From: Felis catus
Taxonomy: Eukaryota
Length of the DNA stretch: 64,000 nt
Reading direction: 5' to 3'
Assembly (NCBI RefSeq): GCF_018350175.1
Contig: NC_058373.1
Location: 111,974,001 to 112,038,000 of the forward strand
Shown: piece after piece, positions 1 through 12,848 of the stretch
Layout: every line of letters begins with the position of its first letter
Position numbering within the stretch: the stretch's first letter is position 1
Notes under the pieces: generated by a model
The model's database searches: none
Told to the model about the DNA's origin: nothing
The model's input: only the letters and a program-made list of their open reading frames with translations
Program-made: the position numbers and the translations under genes

Positions 1-7
1 GGACTTG

Positions 8-480
8 CCTTTCAGTTGAAGTGACCAAATACAACTCAAAATAACTCAAGCAGAGAAAACCTGGGGAGAGTGGACAGTGGGGGATCAGGTTCCAACACAC
101 CCAAGTTTAGGAACTCACCGGGAAGTTCTCTCCCTCAGCTCTACTTCTTTCGGTGTGATAGCTTCATTCTCTCTGACTAAAGAAAAATCTTAGTTGTAGA
201 AAATTCTAACCATCATCCCAATACATTCCAAAAAGCCCAGAGAAGGACTCTGCATGGTCCTGCTTCAGACACATGCCCATACATGTCCAATAACTTTGAC
301 CTGAGGGTGGAGCACTGATTGATCGGACTTGGGTCACATGCCCACACCCATGGCTTAATGGAGCAGAGCATCATGAATAATTGTCCCACCAGCATCACAC
401 AATATAGAAAAATGGGCATTTCCCTAAGGAAAGGGAGCACTGAAAGAAGGATGGAGGGGAAACTAGGCAGACAAAACCAT
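8..480 (-). mobile_element. Ancient MaLR LTR (MLT1K/L-like), degraded
   Basis: Contains tttcagttgaagtgaccaaatacaactcaaa and ctgattgatcggacttgggtcacatgccca, resembling the reverse strand of old MLT1 LTRs; boundaries approximate. Confidence 0.6.
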
Positions 481-2139
481 AGATACCTACTTCAAAATTT
501 AATGAGTTGGTTTTCCTCAACTTAGACTTAACCTCTTAACAGTTTCTCCTGGTCTCATAAAAGTGGAAAAGAGAATTTATCTATATTCATCTATATACAC
601 AGACAGAAGAATGAAGAGAGACCCAGAGAATGCTCAAAAATCTACCAGTTGGCATTACACAGAGAAATCTCTGCTTCTGGAGAATGAGCCAGGTCAGAGG
701 TGATGGATTCAAGCAGGAAAACTCATGTCCTGCAGGACCATTCAGGGGCAAGTGGAAGAAGTGTTTGTCAACACTGTGAAACCACAGCAGAGTCAGGCAG
801 AGTTCAGGGGGAAAGCTGCCATCACCACCCCACCGTGACCAATCCAATGCAGACAACTACCTCATGCAGCCCAGCATGACCACATCTACCCACCTCCACT
901 GAGCACTGTAGCTCCCTTGGCCCATCTTCTTCCCATTCTCTGCTAACCAGGATTTAACTATCCATTTGGATTCTGCTTTCTTGCTTCTGTTCCACCAGGC
1001 TTGGATTTCATAATTTGGCTGACACTTGCAAAAATAGTTTTAAGGAACCTTCCCACCCTACTAAAGTAATTATGTGCTTCTAGCTCCTCCTTAAACTCCC
1101 CAAATCCTTGTTCTGGAAAAACAGAACTTAATCACCCTTTCCAGTCTTATCCCTACTATTTTCTTCATAAATACTTCTTTCAAAGCACTACACTTTAAAT
1201 TATGGTTCTTCAACTAGTTTTTTACATCTTAGTCTTTGGGCTTTTGCCTGTGTTATTCTCGTTTCTTGGTGGTTATTTCTCCATCAAAATTCCAGTCATT
1301 CTTCAAATTTACCTCAAAAACAACTTTCCTCATGGAGACTCCTACTGCTCCCTCAGTGGGAAAAGATTGCCATCACTGGTATTAGAATCTGGTGTTGGAA
1401 TCAAGCTATTTTAAATAGCTTTCAAGTATGAGATTCTTCTACTTGTCTGATACTCTGTCACCACTTTTTGAAAGTGATTTCATTAAACTCTGGCCAGAAA
1501 AATCAAAACATGGTCTGGGTCTAAAGAAAGTATTACTTTTTGGATTTTTTGTGAGAATTTAGGATTTAGAGGGGACTGTGAATGTGCCATGCAAAATATG
1601 AGCCTTCGTCTCATAAGCTTAGGGTAGCAAATTTATGTGAATCTATGAATCTCAGAACATATCAAATGTGTGAGGATCTGATACTATAAGGGTTCCTCAT
1701 TTGAAATTTGGAGATTTTGCTATCAGACTTCATAAACTACAGTACCTACTGATAACTACCTTCATTAGAAGTTTAGCCAGAAAAAGACATAAACTATGTT
1801 CCAAGGGAATCCAATATACAAATAAGTTCCTAGAAATTCTAAGTCTTGTGATAGAGCGTGCACACTAGCAGCCAGAGCTTATGAGACATGTAAACAGCTT
1901 CTAAAATATGCTTCTCCTTTATAAAATTGCCCTAACTTAACATAGATTCATTTTCGAAATTGTCTCTACACCAGAGCTTCCTACTTGTTAGTATTCTGTT
2001 CTTTATCACAGCAAGCCATTCCAGAGATTTCCCTGTTGGGCACTTTAGATTTATAGATATCTTTTAAAAACATATTTCAAAAAAATCCAGTAATTTCCCC
2101 TTGCAATCAGATTTCTAAAAGTTGTTCTTGCCTAGTTTT

Positions 2140-3560
2140 CACCTTGTCACCCACTGCAGTCTGGCTGCTGGTCTCACACCTAAAAACCTCTCACCAAGTT
2201 TATAAACACCACCTGCTGAAAAACCTAATGAGAAACGTTGGGGTCCTCTATTACTTCACTCTGCTGTGGTGTTGACATTGGGGGACATTTTCTTGCTTTC
2301 AAAATGTATCCCCTAGAGCTCAGTCTTTGCCTCTCTTTCCTCTACATTCTCCAGAGGAGCCTTGACTGCCAATGAATTCAACTCCCCACTGAACATCTTC
2401 ACCTTCACACCCACCTCACTGATCCTCCCCCAACTTACTCGTCTTAGGAATGGCACCACCTCATCTGCCCTGTTGTTGGGAGTCGTTCAAGTTTCTTCTT
2501 CTCTCAGCCCTCACATCGGATCAGCTCTTACTAGTTCTGCCTCCGCAAATCCCTCAGTTGGTTGCCTCTCTCCTGGCCTTTGCTGGTGTCTCAGCACACT
2601 CATCATCGTCTCTTGCAGTGCCTAGGAGCCTTCTGGTTGGTCTCTCTGCTTCTATTTCTTTCCTTCTCCTCTTATCCTCCCAATGCTGTCCAGTGATCTG
2701 AGAGCATTTTTGTGTCATCCCTGATCAGAATCACTCAATGACTTTAAATTCCCCACAGGACAGATCTCAAACCCCATCATGGAATATAAATGGGTGCCTG
2801 TTTCCCTGCCCTTTCTCCTCCCCAGCCTCTCCCCCACCATACTCTCTGACCATGACATTCCAAACCACAACTGGTGTCGCAAATACACCACCTCCCCCAT
2901 GCCTCTTTGCTCTCACCTATGTTGTCTTCTTTGTCTGGAATGCCCTCACTTGGCTGGTCTTCCTGGCAATCCACTGCTTCCTCTTCAAGTCTTGACCCAC
3001 GTGCTACCTTCTCTGAAACATTTCTGACTCCCTGGACAGTATTAGGATCTCTTTCACCTCTGTTTTCACTGTATTCAATACATGATGACACTAATTTTCA
3101 TTCAATATACATTGAATAATCAATCAATCAGTAAATAAACTTTACTGAGCGCGTATAATGTATGAGGCATCATTAAAGCACTTTTACAATTTAAGTGATC
3201 ACATAATAAAATATTTTAAAATTTAAAAGAATCCTATTTTATAGGAATAATATTTATTCCTATTTATAATGAGGAAACTGAGGTACACAGTGATTAAATA
3301 ACTCGCCCAAGCTCACCTGAGTAGTGACCATGTCAAGATATGAAGCCGGTAGCCTGTGCTCAAGAATATTTGCATTCTCCAGCCTTCATTAGAGCAATCA
3401 CATTCTTAGATGGCAACCATTCCTTGGCATGCACGTGTTTCCTGTCAATGCCTTTATTATCTTTGTTTTCTCAGGAACTACACAAGTCCAGGCACACAGC
3501 ACTTGATGCGTGTTTGGTAAAGGAATGCATGAATGAATATGTGACTGACTGAATGAAAGA
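2140..3560 (+). mobile_element. L2 LINE 3' fragment interrupted by a MIR
   Basis: Pyrimidine-rich L2-like sequence (cccactgcagtctggct, tgtctggaatgccctc) ending in a gaatgcatgaatgaat L2 tail near 3525-3560. Confidence 0.65.
3135..3370 (-). mobile_element. MIR SINE
   Basis: MIR core on reverse strand: tttataatgaggaaactgaggtacacagtgattaaataactcgcccaagctcac. Confidence 0.75.
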
Positions 3561-3923
3561 AGAAGTGAGACAAGTGTCCACAGTACCTCTTATGGACATT
3601 TCTAATTAGTGCCTCCCAAGTCTCTGATCCGTTCTTTCTTCAGCATGAGTGTATCCTGCAAAACCTGATAGTACATTCAGTGCAAACAGCCTTTAATGAA
3701 TAGCAAGAGGCAAAAATCATTAATCAAGCCCTACCTGTACAAGAATCAGCTGTGGAGAGTTCTGCTGAAATATATCACAGCCACTGCAGCTCAAGTGTAC
3801 AAAACAGTGACCACACAGATCAGAGGCAGCAGCAGACACATCTTCCAGGGACAAGAATGGACCGAGCTGAAAGACTCACAGTGTGGGCATTTGGTCTGGG
3901 GTTTTGTGGCTTTCTCCTTTGCG

Positions 3924-3951
3924 TGTTGTTGTTGTTGTTGTTGTTGTTGTT
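3924..3951. repeat. (TGT)n microsatellite
   Basis: Seen directly. Confidence 0.95.
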
Positions 3952-4249
3952 TACCCTAGAGAAGAATGGAGAAAAGAGGACATCCAGGGAAGAGTTCATT
4001 TGTACAGTTCTCAGCTTTGCTGATTCTACTTCAGGTTCTTTCCATAGGAGCTCCATGCCCTTTTCCCCTACCTGCCTCATTCCTGCCCTGCAGAAAGCCC
4101 TAGAGCACACCAGAAATGAGGTCACCGGGGCTTGATCCTTTCTCCAGGGTTTTGGTTAATGGTTATGGTTAATGGTTACCAAAACCATCCAGGGTTTTGA
4201 AGCTGACTACAGTCTTAAAAGTTGTCCAAGCACATGAAATTGTATGTCT

Positions 4250-4495
4250 AAACAGTTACACACTGAAACTCCAGAGCCCAGCTATGAATCTCAGTGCCAC
4301 TGCTTACTAATTCTGTGTGCAAGCTTTTTAGACTCCTGATGCCCCAGTTCCCAGATCTGTAAAATATAGATGTCATAGTACACGTTTCATAGGTGGTTGA
4401 GGGATTAGAACAATATGATAGATATAAAATGCTTAGATAATTGCCTGACACATAAGTGCTCAATAAATTCTCATTTTTATGATTATCATTAATAA
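4250..4495 (+). mobile_element. MIR SINE, near full length
   Basis: ccactgcttactaattctgtgtg...atctgtaaaat...gcctgacacataagtgctcaataaat matches the MIR consensus order. Confidence 0.8.
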
Positions 4496-4813
4496 TAAGT
4501 ACGGAGTCCTTAGGGAGTCATGTATCCAGTGTTGTGGGGGGATACAAAAAAAATGAAGAGACCACAGGAGTTCATTTTTGTCCCCACAAAAGGGGGAACA
4601 AGAACAAGAGTTCGTGAACAAAAAAGAAGACAAAACATAAAAGCAAGAACTTTCCCAAGGCTATAAAAGCAAACGACATTTCTGCCAACAGGAACATTAT
4701 ATTTTTTTCAGTAGCTTAGCACATACTTAGAATACAACTCTCTTCAAGGGAACTCAGAAAACTTGGGAGACATTTTTCACTCATCTTTGGCAAAGTTACT
4801 TTTGGGTCTATTG

Positions 4814-5272
4814 CAGTTCCTCAAGTTTGGCACTGTTGACATTTTTGGCAAGATAATTCTTTGTTGTGGGGGCTGTTCTGTGGATTGCAGAATGTTGTTT
4901 TTTTTTTTTTTTAACGTTTATTTATTTTTGAGACAGAGAGAGACAGTGCATGAATGGGGTAGGGGCAGAGAGAGAGGGAGACACAGAATCGGAAGCAGGC
5001 TCCAGGCTCTGAGCCATCAGCCCAGAGCCCAACGTGTGGCTCGAACTCACAGACCAAGAGATGGTGACCTGAGCTGAAGTCAGACGCTTAACTGACTGAG
5101 CCACCCAGGTGCCCCGAATTGCAGAATGTTTAGAGGCATCCCTGACTTCTCTCCACTAGATGCCAAGAGCACTTCACCCTGCAGTGTGACAGCTATAAAT
5201 ATCTCTGGGTAATTGCAAATGACACCCAGGTGATACTGCAGCTGGGGTTCGCACCCCAGTTGAGAACCACTG
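4814..5272 (+). mobile_element. MER20 (hAT-Charlie) DNA transposon split by a SINE
   Basis: Starts cagttcctcaagtttggcactgttgacattttt, ends cccagttgagaaccactg; 8-bp TSD gtctattg (4806-4813) / gtctatta (5273-5280). Confidence 0.85.
4897..5115 (-). mobile_element. SINEC_Fc (feline CAN-SINE)
   Basis: Reverse strand reads ggggcacctgggtggctcagtcagttaagcg, then (ct)n and an A tail; TSD attgcagaatgtt at 4884-4896 and 5118-5130. Confidence 0.97.
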
Positions 5273-5937
5273 GTCTATTAGGATTTTAGGAACAATACCC
5301 AGTGTGAGTTTGCTATAGCAATAGGGTCCCATTTCACTACCCTCGACAGGAGACATTGGTCTTACCATTTCATCTTGCCCAGGCTACCTTTCTTTGTTGA
5401 TAGAATCAAGTTATGGACAGCCTCTCAGGGTTGGGTAGGGATAGGGATTAACCAGATTTTGTTCGTGAGGCCACTTTAACCATAAACCATCATTCCATGT
5501 AAAAAAATATCATTTTAATCACCCAGAGGACTATTGTTCCGCTGTGATTGTGTCTCTGTGTGGACAAGTAAATTCAAATCAAAACACTGTCACATTACAG
5601 TCTAAGATTTCAAACACAGATTATTCTGAAGTTAATTCATAAATAGTTACCTAGGGCCTCCTCAATGGTAGGCACCATGCTGTGCCTTCTAGAGAACTAT
5701 AGATGGATTAGGCACAGACTTTCCCTCAGGGTGCTTTGATCAGCAAGTATGTTCTCTGTTCTATCATCACCCGTGCCCAGGATTGGACAAATCAGCCCTT
5801 CAATGTTCACAACACCAAAAAAGATAAAATTTGAGTTGCAAGGTCCTATCTAGTTCTACTGCCTTGTGCAGTTATCTGGCATTGGGATTTCATGGGGACT
5901 CTAACTTAGACCTTAAAAATCTCTCAGAGGACAGGAA

Positions 5938-6150
5938 ATGAATATTTATTGAGTCTGTATCATGTTCCAGATTCTTCTCAGGTTCATTCAGGACTGTGAG
6001 GAAAGTATTATTGCCCTGTTTTTACTGATGAGGACATTGTATATCATAAAGAAGAAAGTCATTTTCCCAGTGTCACAAGATAAGTGGTAAAACTGGAATT
6101 TGAACCAACCACATTGATCTTAATTCAAAGCTTTTGTTACCACACCATAC
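5938..6150 (-). mobile_element. MIR SINE
   Basis: tttttactgatgaggacattg...ttcccagtgtcacaagataagtggtaaaactggaatttgaacc. Confidence 0.65.
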
Positions 6151-7346
6151 AAACAGAGGTATATTTGGAAATGACACTATAGATAGTAGGACAAGGTGCA
6201 TGCATTTCTCAGACCATCTATCCTAGGGATGTGGATGTCAGAGGAAGACATTCTGCTCTCCCGTGCTAGTTAAATGGCTTTCACAGTGGCCTGCAATTCC
6301 TCTGTTGAAGAAATATCTTCTAGGCTGAGCCAGTAGAATCTGGATACAGAGTATCCAAAAGAAGCAATAACAATGGATGTTCCAATCTGTGGCTTCTTAG
6401 AGCCCAGTTCAGCCCAGTCTGCATACAGGGCATGAGGAATACAGCATCTCTCTAAAGCCAGCTCTCCAGAAATCAATCAGGTGAGAACAAACCAGTACAG
6501 CCAATGCAAAGGCGTGGAGTGGAAGACATGTTGGCCACAAGGCCAGACCCATAGGAATCATGCTCATGTCACCCTTGACAAGTAACAATAGTGTTATGAT
6601 TGTGCAACACTGTAATTTCTATTACAATACATGATATGCTTGGGGACCAAAGAAAGACAGATTGATAACTTCATTTAGAGCAAATAAACTGGATTCCACT
6701 GACAGATTCATGAATCATCCAGGAGATATAGGAGGGGTATCAAGGAGCACTGAGTCTTCTCTCCTGGTGATTTTTACAAGCCTCATCAATTTCTGTCAAA
6801 AAAACACTCCCTTTGGGTTATTAATATAAAAGTTCTAGAATTCATGAGTTAAATCTTACCTAAAATTCTGACACCTTTGCCAGCAAAACATTGCTGTCGC
6901 ACCTTTGATTTAATTGACATGAGTTAAGGAAAACTATGACTGTACAAATGTGGGCTGGTTATCCATGACACTTAGAAAAAAAAAAAAAACCATAAAGGCA
7001 AACATTGTCAGTGTCCATAAAACCAGTGTCCTAGAAAAAGTAAGACTTAAGTCTTACTTAAGTGGCCCAGATGCCCTTATCAAAAGATCTTAGCCTTATA
7101 CCTTTATACACTTAAGCAAACATTTCTTATTCTTATCCCATGTGGATTGCTTGAGTTGGAACTGGCTGAGTTAGGTTATGCCACCTTCTCCAATATATCC
7201 ATGTGTATTCCATGATTTACATAAAGGGTGAAAAGTTGCTGTGGTGAAGTCTCAAATTCTGGGGTTCAGTTATAAACAACACAGCTGGTGAACATAGACA
7301 ATAATGAGGCTTGGTACAGTGGTAAAAAGGGGATACAAAGTGTCCA

Positions 7347-9207
7347 AGGTAACCTTCATATTGTTTTCCATATTGGTTGGGTCAATTTACATTCCACCAA
7401 AGATCTATCATATGATTTAGATTCCATTTCTTGGTATATACCCATAGGAAATGAAAACAGGATTTTGAAGAGATATGCGCACCCTCATATTTACTGCAGT
7501 ATTATTCACAATAGTCAAGATATTAAAACAACCTAAATGCCCATCAATGCATGAAGGGATTACAAAGACGTGGTAAATAGATACAATGGAATATCGTTCA
7601 ACCATGAAAAAGGAAGGTATCTTGCCGCTTGTGACAACATGGATAGACTTGAGCACATTGAGAAATAATGTCAGATAAGTCAGAAAGAGAAAGACAAGTA
7701 CTATATGATACCAGTTTTGTGTGGAATCTAAAAAAGTCAAATTCAGGAAAAAACAGAGAGCAAAATGATAGTTACCAGGGGAGGGGGGTGGGGGAATAAA
7801 ATTGATGTTGTCTAAGGGTACAAACTTGCAATGAATAGTAAATTAGCCATAGAGATCTAATGGACAGTATAACAAATACAGGTAACGATATGGTATTATA
7901 ATTATGTAATGTGATAAATATTGCTATAACAAGAATCATATTACCGCACCCAGGGCTGGCTCCCCTTCTCCCCACGTGCGTGAACAGGGAGCTGGCCCCA
8001 GTCTGAAAAAAGCCCTGCAGGAAAAAACCCCTCTGACCTCAACCGCAGCAATTTCTTACTTGACACATCTCCAAAGGCAAGGGAATTAAAAGCAAAAATG
8101 AACTACTGGGACCTCATGAAGATAAAAAGCTTCTGCACTGCAAAGGAAACAATCAACAAAACTAAAAGGCAACTGATGGAATGGGAAAAGGTATTTGCAA
8201 ATGACATATTGGACAAAGGGTTAGTATCCAAAATCTATAAAGAACTCACCAAACTCCACACATGAAAAACAAATAATCCAGTGAAGAAATGGGCAGAAGA
8301 CTTGAGTAGACATTTCTCTAAAGAAGACATCCAGATGGCCAACAGACACATGAAAAGATGCTCAATGTCATTTCCTTGTCAGGGAAATACAAATCAAAAC
8401 CACACTGAGATATCAACTCACACCAGTCAGAGTGGCTAAAATGAACATCTCAGGAAACAACAGATGCTGGTGAAGATGTGGAGAAATGGGAACCCTCTTG
8501 CACTGTTGGTGGGAATGCAAACTGGTACAGCTGCTCTGAAAACAGTGTGGAGATTCCTCAAAAAGTTAAAAATAGATCACCCTATGACCCAGCAATAGCA
8601 CTGCTAGGAATTTACCCAAGGGATAGAGGACTGCTGATGCATAGGGGCACTTGTACCCCAATGTTTATAGCAGCACTTTCAACAATAGCCAAATTATGGA
8701 AAGAGCCTAAATGTCTATCAACTGATGAATGCATAAAGAAGTTGTGGTTTATATATACAATGGACTACTACATGGCAATGAGAAAGAATGAAATATGGCC
8801 TTTTGTAGCAACAGGGATGGAACTGGAGAGTGTTATGCTAAGTGAAATAAGTCAGGCAGAGAAAGACAGATACCGTATGTTTTCACTCTTATGTGGATCT
8901 GGAGAAACTTAACAGAAGACCATGGGGGAGGGGCAGGGGAAAAAGAAAAAAGTTACAGAGAGGGGAGGAGGCAAACCATAAGAGACTCTTAAAAACTGAG
9001 AATAAACTGAGGGTTGATGGGGGGTGGGAAGGAAGGGAGGGTGGGTGATGGGCATTGAGGAGGGCACCTGTTGGGGTGAGCACTGGGTGTTGTATGGAAA
9101 CCAACTTGACAATAAATTTCATATTAAAAAAAGAATCATATTAAAATATAGAAATAAATTAAACGTTGTACACCTTAAATTTATACAATGGTATATGTCA
9201 AATTACG
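7347..9207 (+). mobile_element. Older L1 3' end with a short 5' inversion, split by a younger L1
   Basis: Inverted piece at about 7347-7398, then a sense ORF2-end/3'UTR at 7400-7943, resuming at 9144-9207 (tgtacaccttaaatttatacaatggtatatgtcaaattac). Confidence 0.8.
7944..9130 (+). mobile_element. Feline L1 (L1_Fc-type), 5'-truncated; disrupted ORF2 C-terminus plus 3'UTR
   Basis: ORF2 remnant ([13 protein letters not shown]...CTPMFIAALSTIAKLWKEPKC); 3'UTR ending gacaataaatttcatattaaaa; perfect 13-bp TSD aagaatcatatta at 7931-7943 and 9131-9143. Confidence 0.95.
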
Positions 9208-9208
9208 A

Positions 9209-9256
<48 letters not shown>

Positions 9257-9309
9257 GAATGAAGGAAAGAATGAAAGAAAGAATGAAAGAAAGAATGAAA
9301 GCAAGCAAG
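9207..9309. repeat. (GAAA)n compound microsatellite, probably derived from the old L1 tail
   Basis: Seen directly, immediately after the L1 3' end. Confidence 0.9.
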
Positions 9310-9342
9310 CCTTTTTCAAAAAAACAATGCCCAGGTACAATG

Positions 9343-9344
<2 letters not shown>

Positions 9345-9387
<43 letters not shown>
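9345..9387. repeat. (GT)n microsatellite
   Basis: Seen directly. Confidence 0.95.
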
Positions 9388-9391
<4 letters not shown>

Positions 9392-10129
9392 TGCTTCCTC
9401 TCTATACTCTGCTAACACAACACTGAAGTTAGCAGTTAGTGAGTTTCTGGTGCCCACATAGGTGGGTGTCTGGAAACATTGGTCTTTCTTTGCCCCTTGC
9501 CACTTCTTTGTCATTTGGTGGGGAGCAGGGAACTAGTAAAATCTAGCTTAATGTAGGCAATCATGGGAGTGTTGAGAACAAACTCACCATAACTGAGGGA
9601 GAATTATGCACTAATGAGCTAAACTCAATGCTGGGGCCTGATGTCAGAAGGGGTAGTTGTTCTTGGTGATGTACAACAATTACCATGAGAATCTGTCCTG
9701 AATCACATGCCTGCCTTGTGATAGAGAGGTTGTATAAGTGAACTTACTCTGAGGAATCTGCATAACTAAGAAAAAATATTTCTTCAGAGAAAGGATAAAA
9801 GATCCTTGGCCTTGAATCCTGTAGAACTATCGGAGTTTGAATGTGTAGTATTTATATTCATCCAGTCCTGGTAGCTATTAATAAATGGGAGCCAGATACG
9901 TACAAATGTAAGAAGCAACTCTGGGTTTCTAAACCTATTTGAGGAAAATAAATTTGGAAAATATTGAGATTCCAGCAGCAAGAAGAGGGACTCAGAGCCA
10001 TGAAGATTTGGATCTTACTGTGACTACATCTGTATTCTCAAGCTGACAAAGCCAGAGATACCTGGGATATGCATGTTTACCACTCTTGCCCACCACAACA
10101 AATATTTTCTCTCTGTAAGGTATTGATTT

Positions 10130-11244
10130 CTCATGTCTTTGTTGATTTCTTTTTCCTATCTAAAGTCAATCCTTCTACATGTGACTACTAGAGACTAGAT
10201 CCCAAACTCTTCATTTACCCAAAGATTTTGCTACAGCAATTCTCTTCCTTCTCTTACATCATCAGTTTTTCTTCTCCCATTGTGTCATCACCATGAGCAT
10301 ACAAGCATGCTATTATTTCTGTTACCTTTAAAACAAACAAACAAACAAACAAACAAACATTCTTTTAATCTTACTTTCCCCACTAGCTCCAGCCCCATTC
10401 TTTTGCTCTCCTTTACATCAAACTCCTCAAAAGTGTTATGTATACTAGTTAAGCTGTCTCCTCCCATTCTCTCTTGAATAATCAGGTTCTTGCTCCCCAA
10501 ATTGCTCTTATCAAGGTTACAGGTTACTTACACATTCCTAAGTCTAATGACTTTTAGCTCTTATCTCACTTATCTACCAGCAGGACTTGGCATGATTTGT
10601 CATGCCTTCCTTCTGGACTCACTGTTCACTGGCTTCCTGGAAAAAACACTGTCTCTTTCTTACTCCTCCTACCTCAGTGGCTTCACTTACAACTTCCTTT
10701 GCTCTTTTTTCTTTTCCCCCAACCTTTTACTGTTGGTATCAGTCTTTTCTCTATGACTCTCACTCCCTTGATGATCTGATCCAATCATTGTTTTAGACCC
10801 TAAGCTTATGTCTTCAAACAGACCTTTCTTCTTTAGTCTAGGCTCATATATCCAACAGTCAGCTGGAAACCACTAAATTTTTGCTTGACATATCCAAAGC
10901 TTAACCCCCAAACTTTACCCCTGAACCTACTTCATGTGCATCCTTTCCTATCTCAGTTGATGGCAACTCTATTTTTCCAGTTACCCAACACAAAAACTTT
11001 GAGTTCATTATTGGATCCAGTGTTTTCCTCACACTCTTCATATAAAATATGTCTGAAATTCCTATATTTCAACATATATGTAGAATTTGGCCACTCCTTA
11101 CTACTTCCTTTTCTACCACACTGGTCTGGACCACTATTCTCTCTCTTCTGGACGACCATAACAATCCCTTAGCAGCTCTCCCTGTTTCTATTTGTGGCCT
11201 CTCTCAGTCTGTTTTCAACCTAATAGAGGAATCCTTTTTAAAAG
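10130..11244 (+). mobile_element. L2 LINE, left part (continues at 15620)
   Basis: L2a-like motifs: caagcatgctattatttct, ggctcatatatccaacagtc, tctcagttgatggcaactctatttttccagtt. Confidence 0.75.
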
Positions 11245-11729
11245 TGAGAAAGTTGTTTAACAGTTGAAAATCCATCAGTGTAATTTATCAGTTTAACAGA
11301 ATGAGAAAAACCACAGGATATTTTCAATAGATGGCAAAAAAAAGCATTTGATAAAATTCAAAACCAGTTTTTGATTAAAAAAAAATGTCTCAGTAACCTA
11401 GGAATAGAAAGGAACTTCCTTAAAATATCTATAAAACCAAGAGTATCTTCAAAAACAAACAAAAAACCTTGCAACTAACACCATACTCAATGGTGTTATA
11501 CTGAAATTTTTTCTCCCCTGAAGTCAGAAACAAGATAAGGATGTCCACTATCATCATCTCTTTCCAGCACAGTACTGGAGGTCCTAGCCAGTGCACTGAG
11601 GCAAGAATAAGATATATAAGGTTTATTGATTAGAAAGGAATAAGTAAAACTCTTTAATTCAAGGGTGACATAATAGTATGTTAAAATTACAGAAGAATCT
11701 ATAAACTATTAGAGTTAATAAGCGAATTG

Positions 11730-12006
11730 GCAAGATTTTATTCCTTTTTATGACTGAATAACATATACATATACATACTCTTAACTATAGAGAACAAACT
11801 GATGGCTACCAGAGGGGGATGTAGGTGAGGGGTTGGGTGACAATGGTCAAGGGGATTATGAGTACACATGATGAGCACTGAATAATATATGGAATTATTG
11901 AATCACTATATTGTACATCTACAACTGATATAACACTGCTTATTAACTACACTGGAATTAAAATAAAATAAGAATAATTTAAAAATAGTCAAAGTCATAG
12001 AAAAAA
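11730..12006 (+). mobile_element. Short carnivore L1 3' end with 5' inversion
   Basis: 3'UTR ctcttaactatagagaacaaactgatggctaccagagg...actggaattaaaataaaa; inverted piece gcaagattttattcctttttatgactgaataa; TSD agagttaataagcgaattg / agaattaataagtgaattg. Confidence 0.8.
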
Positions 12007-12848
12007 AGAATTAATAAGTGAATTGAACAAGGTTGCTAGTTACAAAGTGAATATACAAACAATTAATTATATTTCTGTATACTTGCAAAAAACAATTGGA
12101 CAAGTAAGTGAAAAAATACCATTTATAACAGTATCAAAATGATCGAATACCTAATAAAAATATAACAAACGATATTCAAGATCTCTGCACTAAAAACCAC
12201 TGAATATTGCTGAAAGAAATCAAAGATCTAAATCAAGAGATAAATATTACATGTATATTAATGGAAGACTCAGTATTGTTACAATGCCAGTTTTTGCCAA
12301 ATTGATCTATAGGTTGAATTCATTCCCAATCAAAATCATAGCAAGATTGTTTTCTGGCAACTGAAAAAGTCATTCTAAAATTTATGAAAATACAAAGAAC
12401 CTAAAAAGAAAAGATAATGTTGAAGAATAATAAACAAGTTGGAAAATTGCACACTATTAGATTTTAAGACTTATGAAGGTACAGCAATTAGGGCAGTGTA
12501 GAATGAGTGTAAATGTAGACAAATAGATCAACAGAAAAAGATCAGAAAAGACCCACATCTATGTGGTGATCACCTGATTTACCGAAGGGAAAAAAAAGCC
12601 AGTGCAATTCAATGGAAAAATAATTGTCTTTCCAAAAACGGATGCTGCAGCCCCCAGATACCTGGTGAAAAAAAATTAACTCTAACATCTACCTCACACC
12701 ATACACATAAAATAATTCAAAGTAGATCACATACCTAAAAGTGAAATCCAGACCATAATGTAAAAGGAAAAACACAATGAATTAGATTTTAGTAAAATTA
12801 AGAATGTTTGCTGATCAAATCTCATTTACTAAGAAAGTTTACAGGCAA

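Noticed and set aside
3696..4135. Overlapping ORFs with poly-C/L/N runs
   Set aside because: Kept open by a (TGT)n microsatellite; no recognisable homology.
8478..8912. 144-aa ORF with protein-like sequence
   Set aside because: L1 ORF2 C-terminal remnant of a 5'-truncated, frameshifted copy; same for 14618-15004 and 21913-22161.
9024..9514. 145-aa and 103-aa low-complexity ORFs
   Set aside because: Produced by (GAAA)n and (GT)n repeats.
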